A stretch of 64,000 bases of DNA from an uncultured bacterium (GTDB taxonomy: Bacteria; Patescibacteriota; Minisyncoccia; Phycocordibacterales; DATDWN01): assembly GCA_963727715.1 (NCBI GenBank), contig CAVSGX010000004.1, positions 82,582 through 146,581 on the forward strand. Reading direction: 5' to 3'. Each line of letters starts with the position of its first letter. Within the stretch, counting starts at the first letter, position 1. The position numbers and the translations under genes are program-made. The notes below the pieces were generated by a model that was not told the DNA's origin, ran no database searches, and saw only the letters and a list, made by a program, of their open reading frames with translations. This document shows, piece by piece, positions 63,089-64,000 of the stretch.

Positions 63089-64000
63089 TCAAAAGATATC
63101 AACAATGCGCAGACGAAGTTCGGGAAAGTTGCGAAAGTTGGATTTCTCCAATGTGGCCACCAGATTTATTTTGGAACCAACATCCATCGCGACTGGAAAT
63201 TTTTTCGGCTCGGAGAAAAATGAGATGGCGGTAACTTCCTTGTCGGAATTGTTGTCGTCGCAGACTTTTATTTCCAGATGATTTTTTTCCTTGCCGAATT
63301 GTTTGACTGCCGAGACAGTCGCATTTTCAAACCAGAACATCGGCTTCGGATTTTCAAAACCGAACGGCGCGAATTTGGCCACCGTATCGTACAAATCCCA
63401 ATCAACATCGGAAAGTTGCAATTTTTTATCAACCAAAATTTCAGATACAGAATTTTTATTTTTTAATTTCAAAAAAGCTTGGTTCAGTTTTTCTTCCAGT
63501 TGGTGAATGTTTTCCTGAGCCACCGAAAATCCGCCAGCCCCGCTGTGCCCACCATATTCCACAAAAATATCTTTGGCTTCACCCATAAGTTCAAAGACAC
63601 TAACGTCCCCACCAGAGCGACAGGAACCTTTAATGACACTATTGCCATTTGTGCCTTCCCTGCCCCACAGAAAAACCGGCCGATTGTGCTCATCGCTGAA
63701 ACTATTTGCCACTAAACCGAGAAGTGACGGTTTCCATTTTGGATTGCCGAGAACCAAAACATTTTTCATTTGTTCTTCGCGGTCTGAAATCTTTTTTTTG
63801 ATTTCCTTGACCATGCTGGCCACCAAACCTTTTCGTTCATCATTTTTTTTGTTCAGGTGTTCAGCCAGCGCGCCAGCTTCTACCATATCCGTGGTGGACA
63901 AAAGTTTGAAAGCATCAAGCGGGATGCCCATCCGCGAAGCGGCATTGACGCGCGGAGTGATCATAAAAACAATGTCATCTTCGGTCACGTTTCTCTGGTC
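63089..64000 (-). CDS. recJ: ssDNA exonuclease RecJ, 3' part
   Basis: PRVNAASRM, KGSCRS, GGHSGAGG and APFGFENPKP motifs. Confidence 0.95.
   Translation of the reverse strand, partial: DQRNVTEDDIVFMITPRVNAASRMGIPLDAFKLLSTTDMVEAGALAEHLNKKNDERKGLVASMVKEIKKKISDREEQMKNVLVLGNPKWKPSLLGLVANSFSDEHNRPVFLWGREGTNGNSVIKGSCRSGGDVSVFELMGEAKDIFVEYGGHSGAGGFSVAQENIHQLEEKLNQAFLKLKNKNSVSEILVDKKLQLSDVDWDLYDTVAKFAPFGFENPKPMFWFENATVSAVKQFGKEKNHLEIKVCDDNNSDKEVTAISFFSEPKKFPVAMDVGSKINLVATLEKSNFRNFPELRLRIVDIF

Overview
This is a core-genome window from a Patescibacteria (CPR, Parcubacteria-like) bacterium; the taxonomy is inferred from gene content and gene style. It begins in the 5' half of a stand-alone 23S rRNA gene with its own promoter and no adjacent 16S. 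That gene carries three ORF-less structured insertions, one holding two tandem tRNA-like elements. Next come rplJL, a cluster of surface/S-layer-like genes, ftsK, recA, efp, rpsF-ssb-rpsR, tatD, metG and glyS. Fragmented S10 and str operons follow, then rpmB, split comEC, purN, recG, tRNA-Ile(UAU), ftsH, sod, rnhA and partial recJ. There are two IS30-family elements and about 15 small orphan ORFs wedged between core genes. Intergenic DNA is rich in long covarying palindromic elements of several families. An unassigned ~330-nt structured non-coding unit has its own promoter and terminator. Many housekeeping genes look leaderless, whereas the orphan ORFs carry Shine-Dalgarno motifs. Frameshifts in fusA, metG, glyS and others are probably assembly indels. 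All calls come from reading the sequence by eye; no database searches were run.
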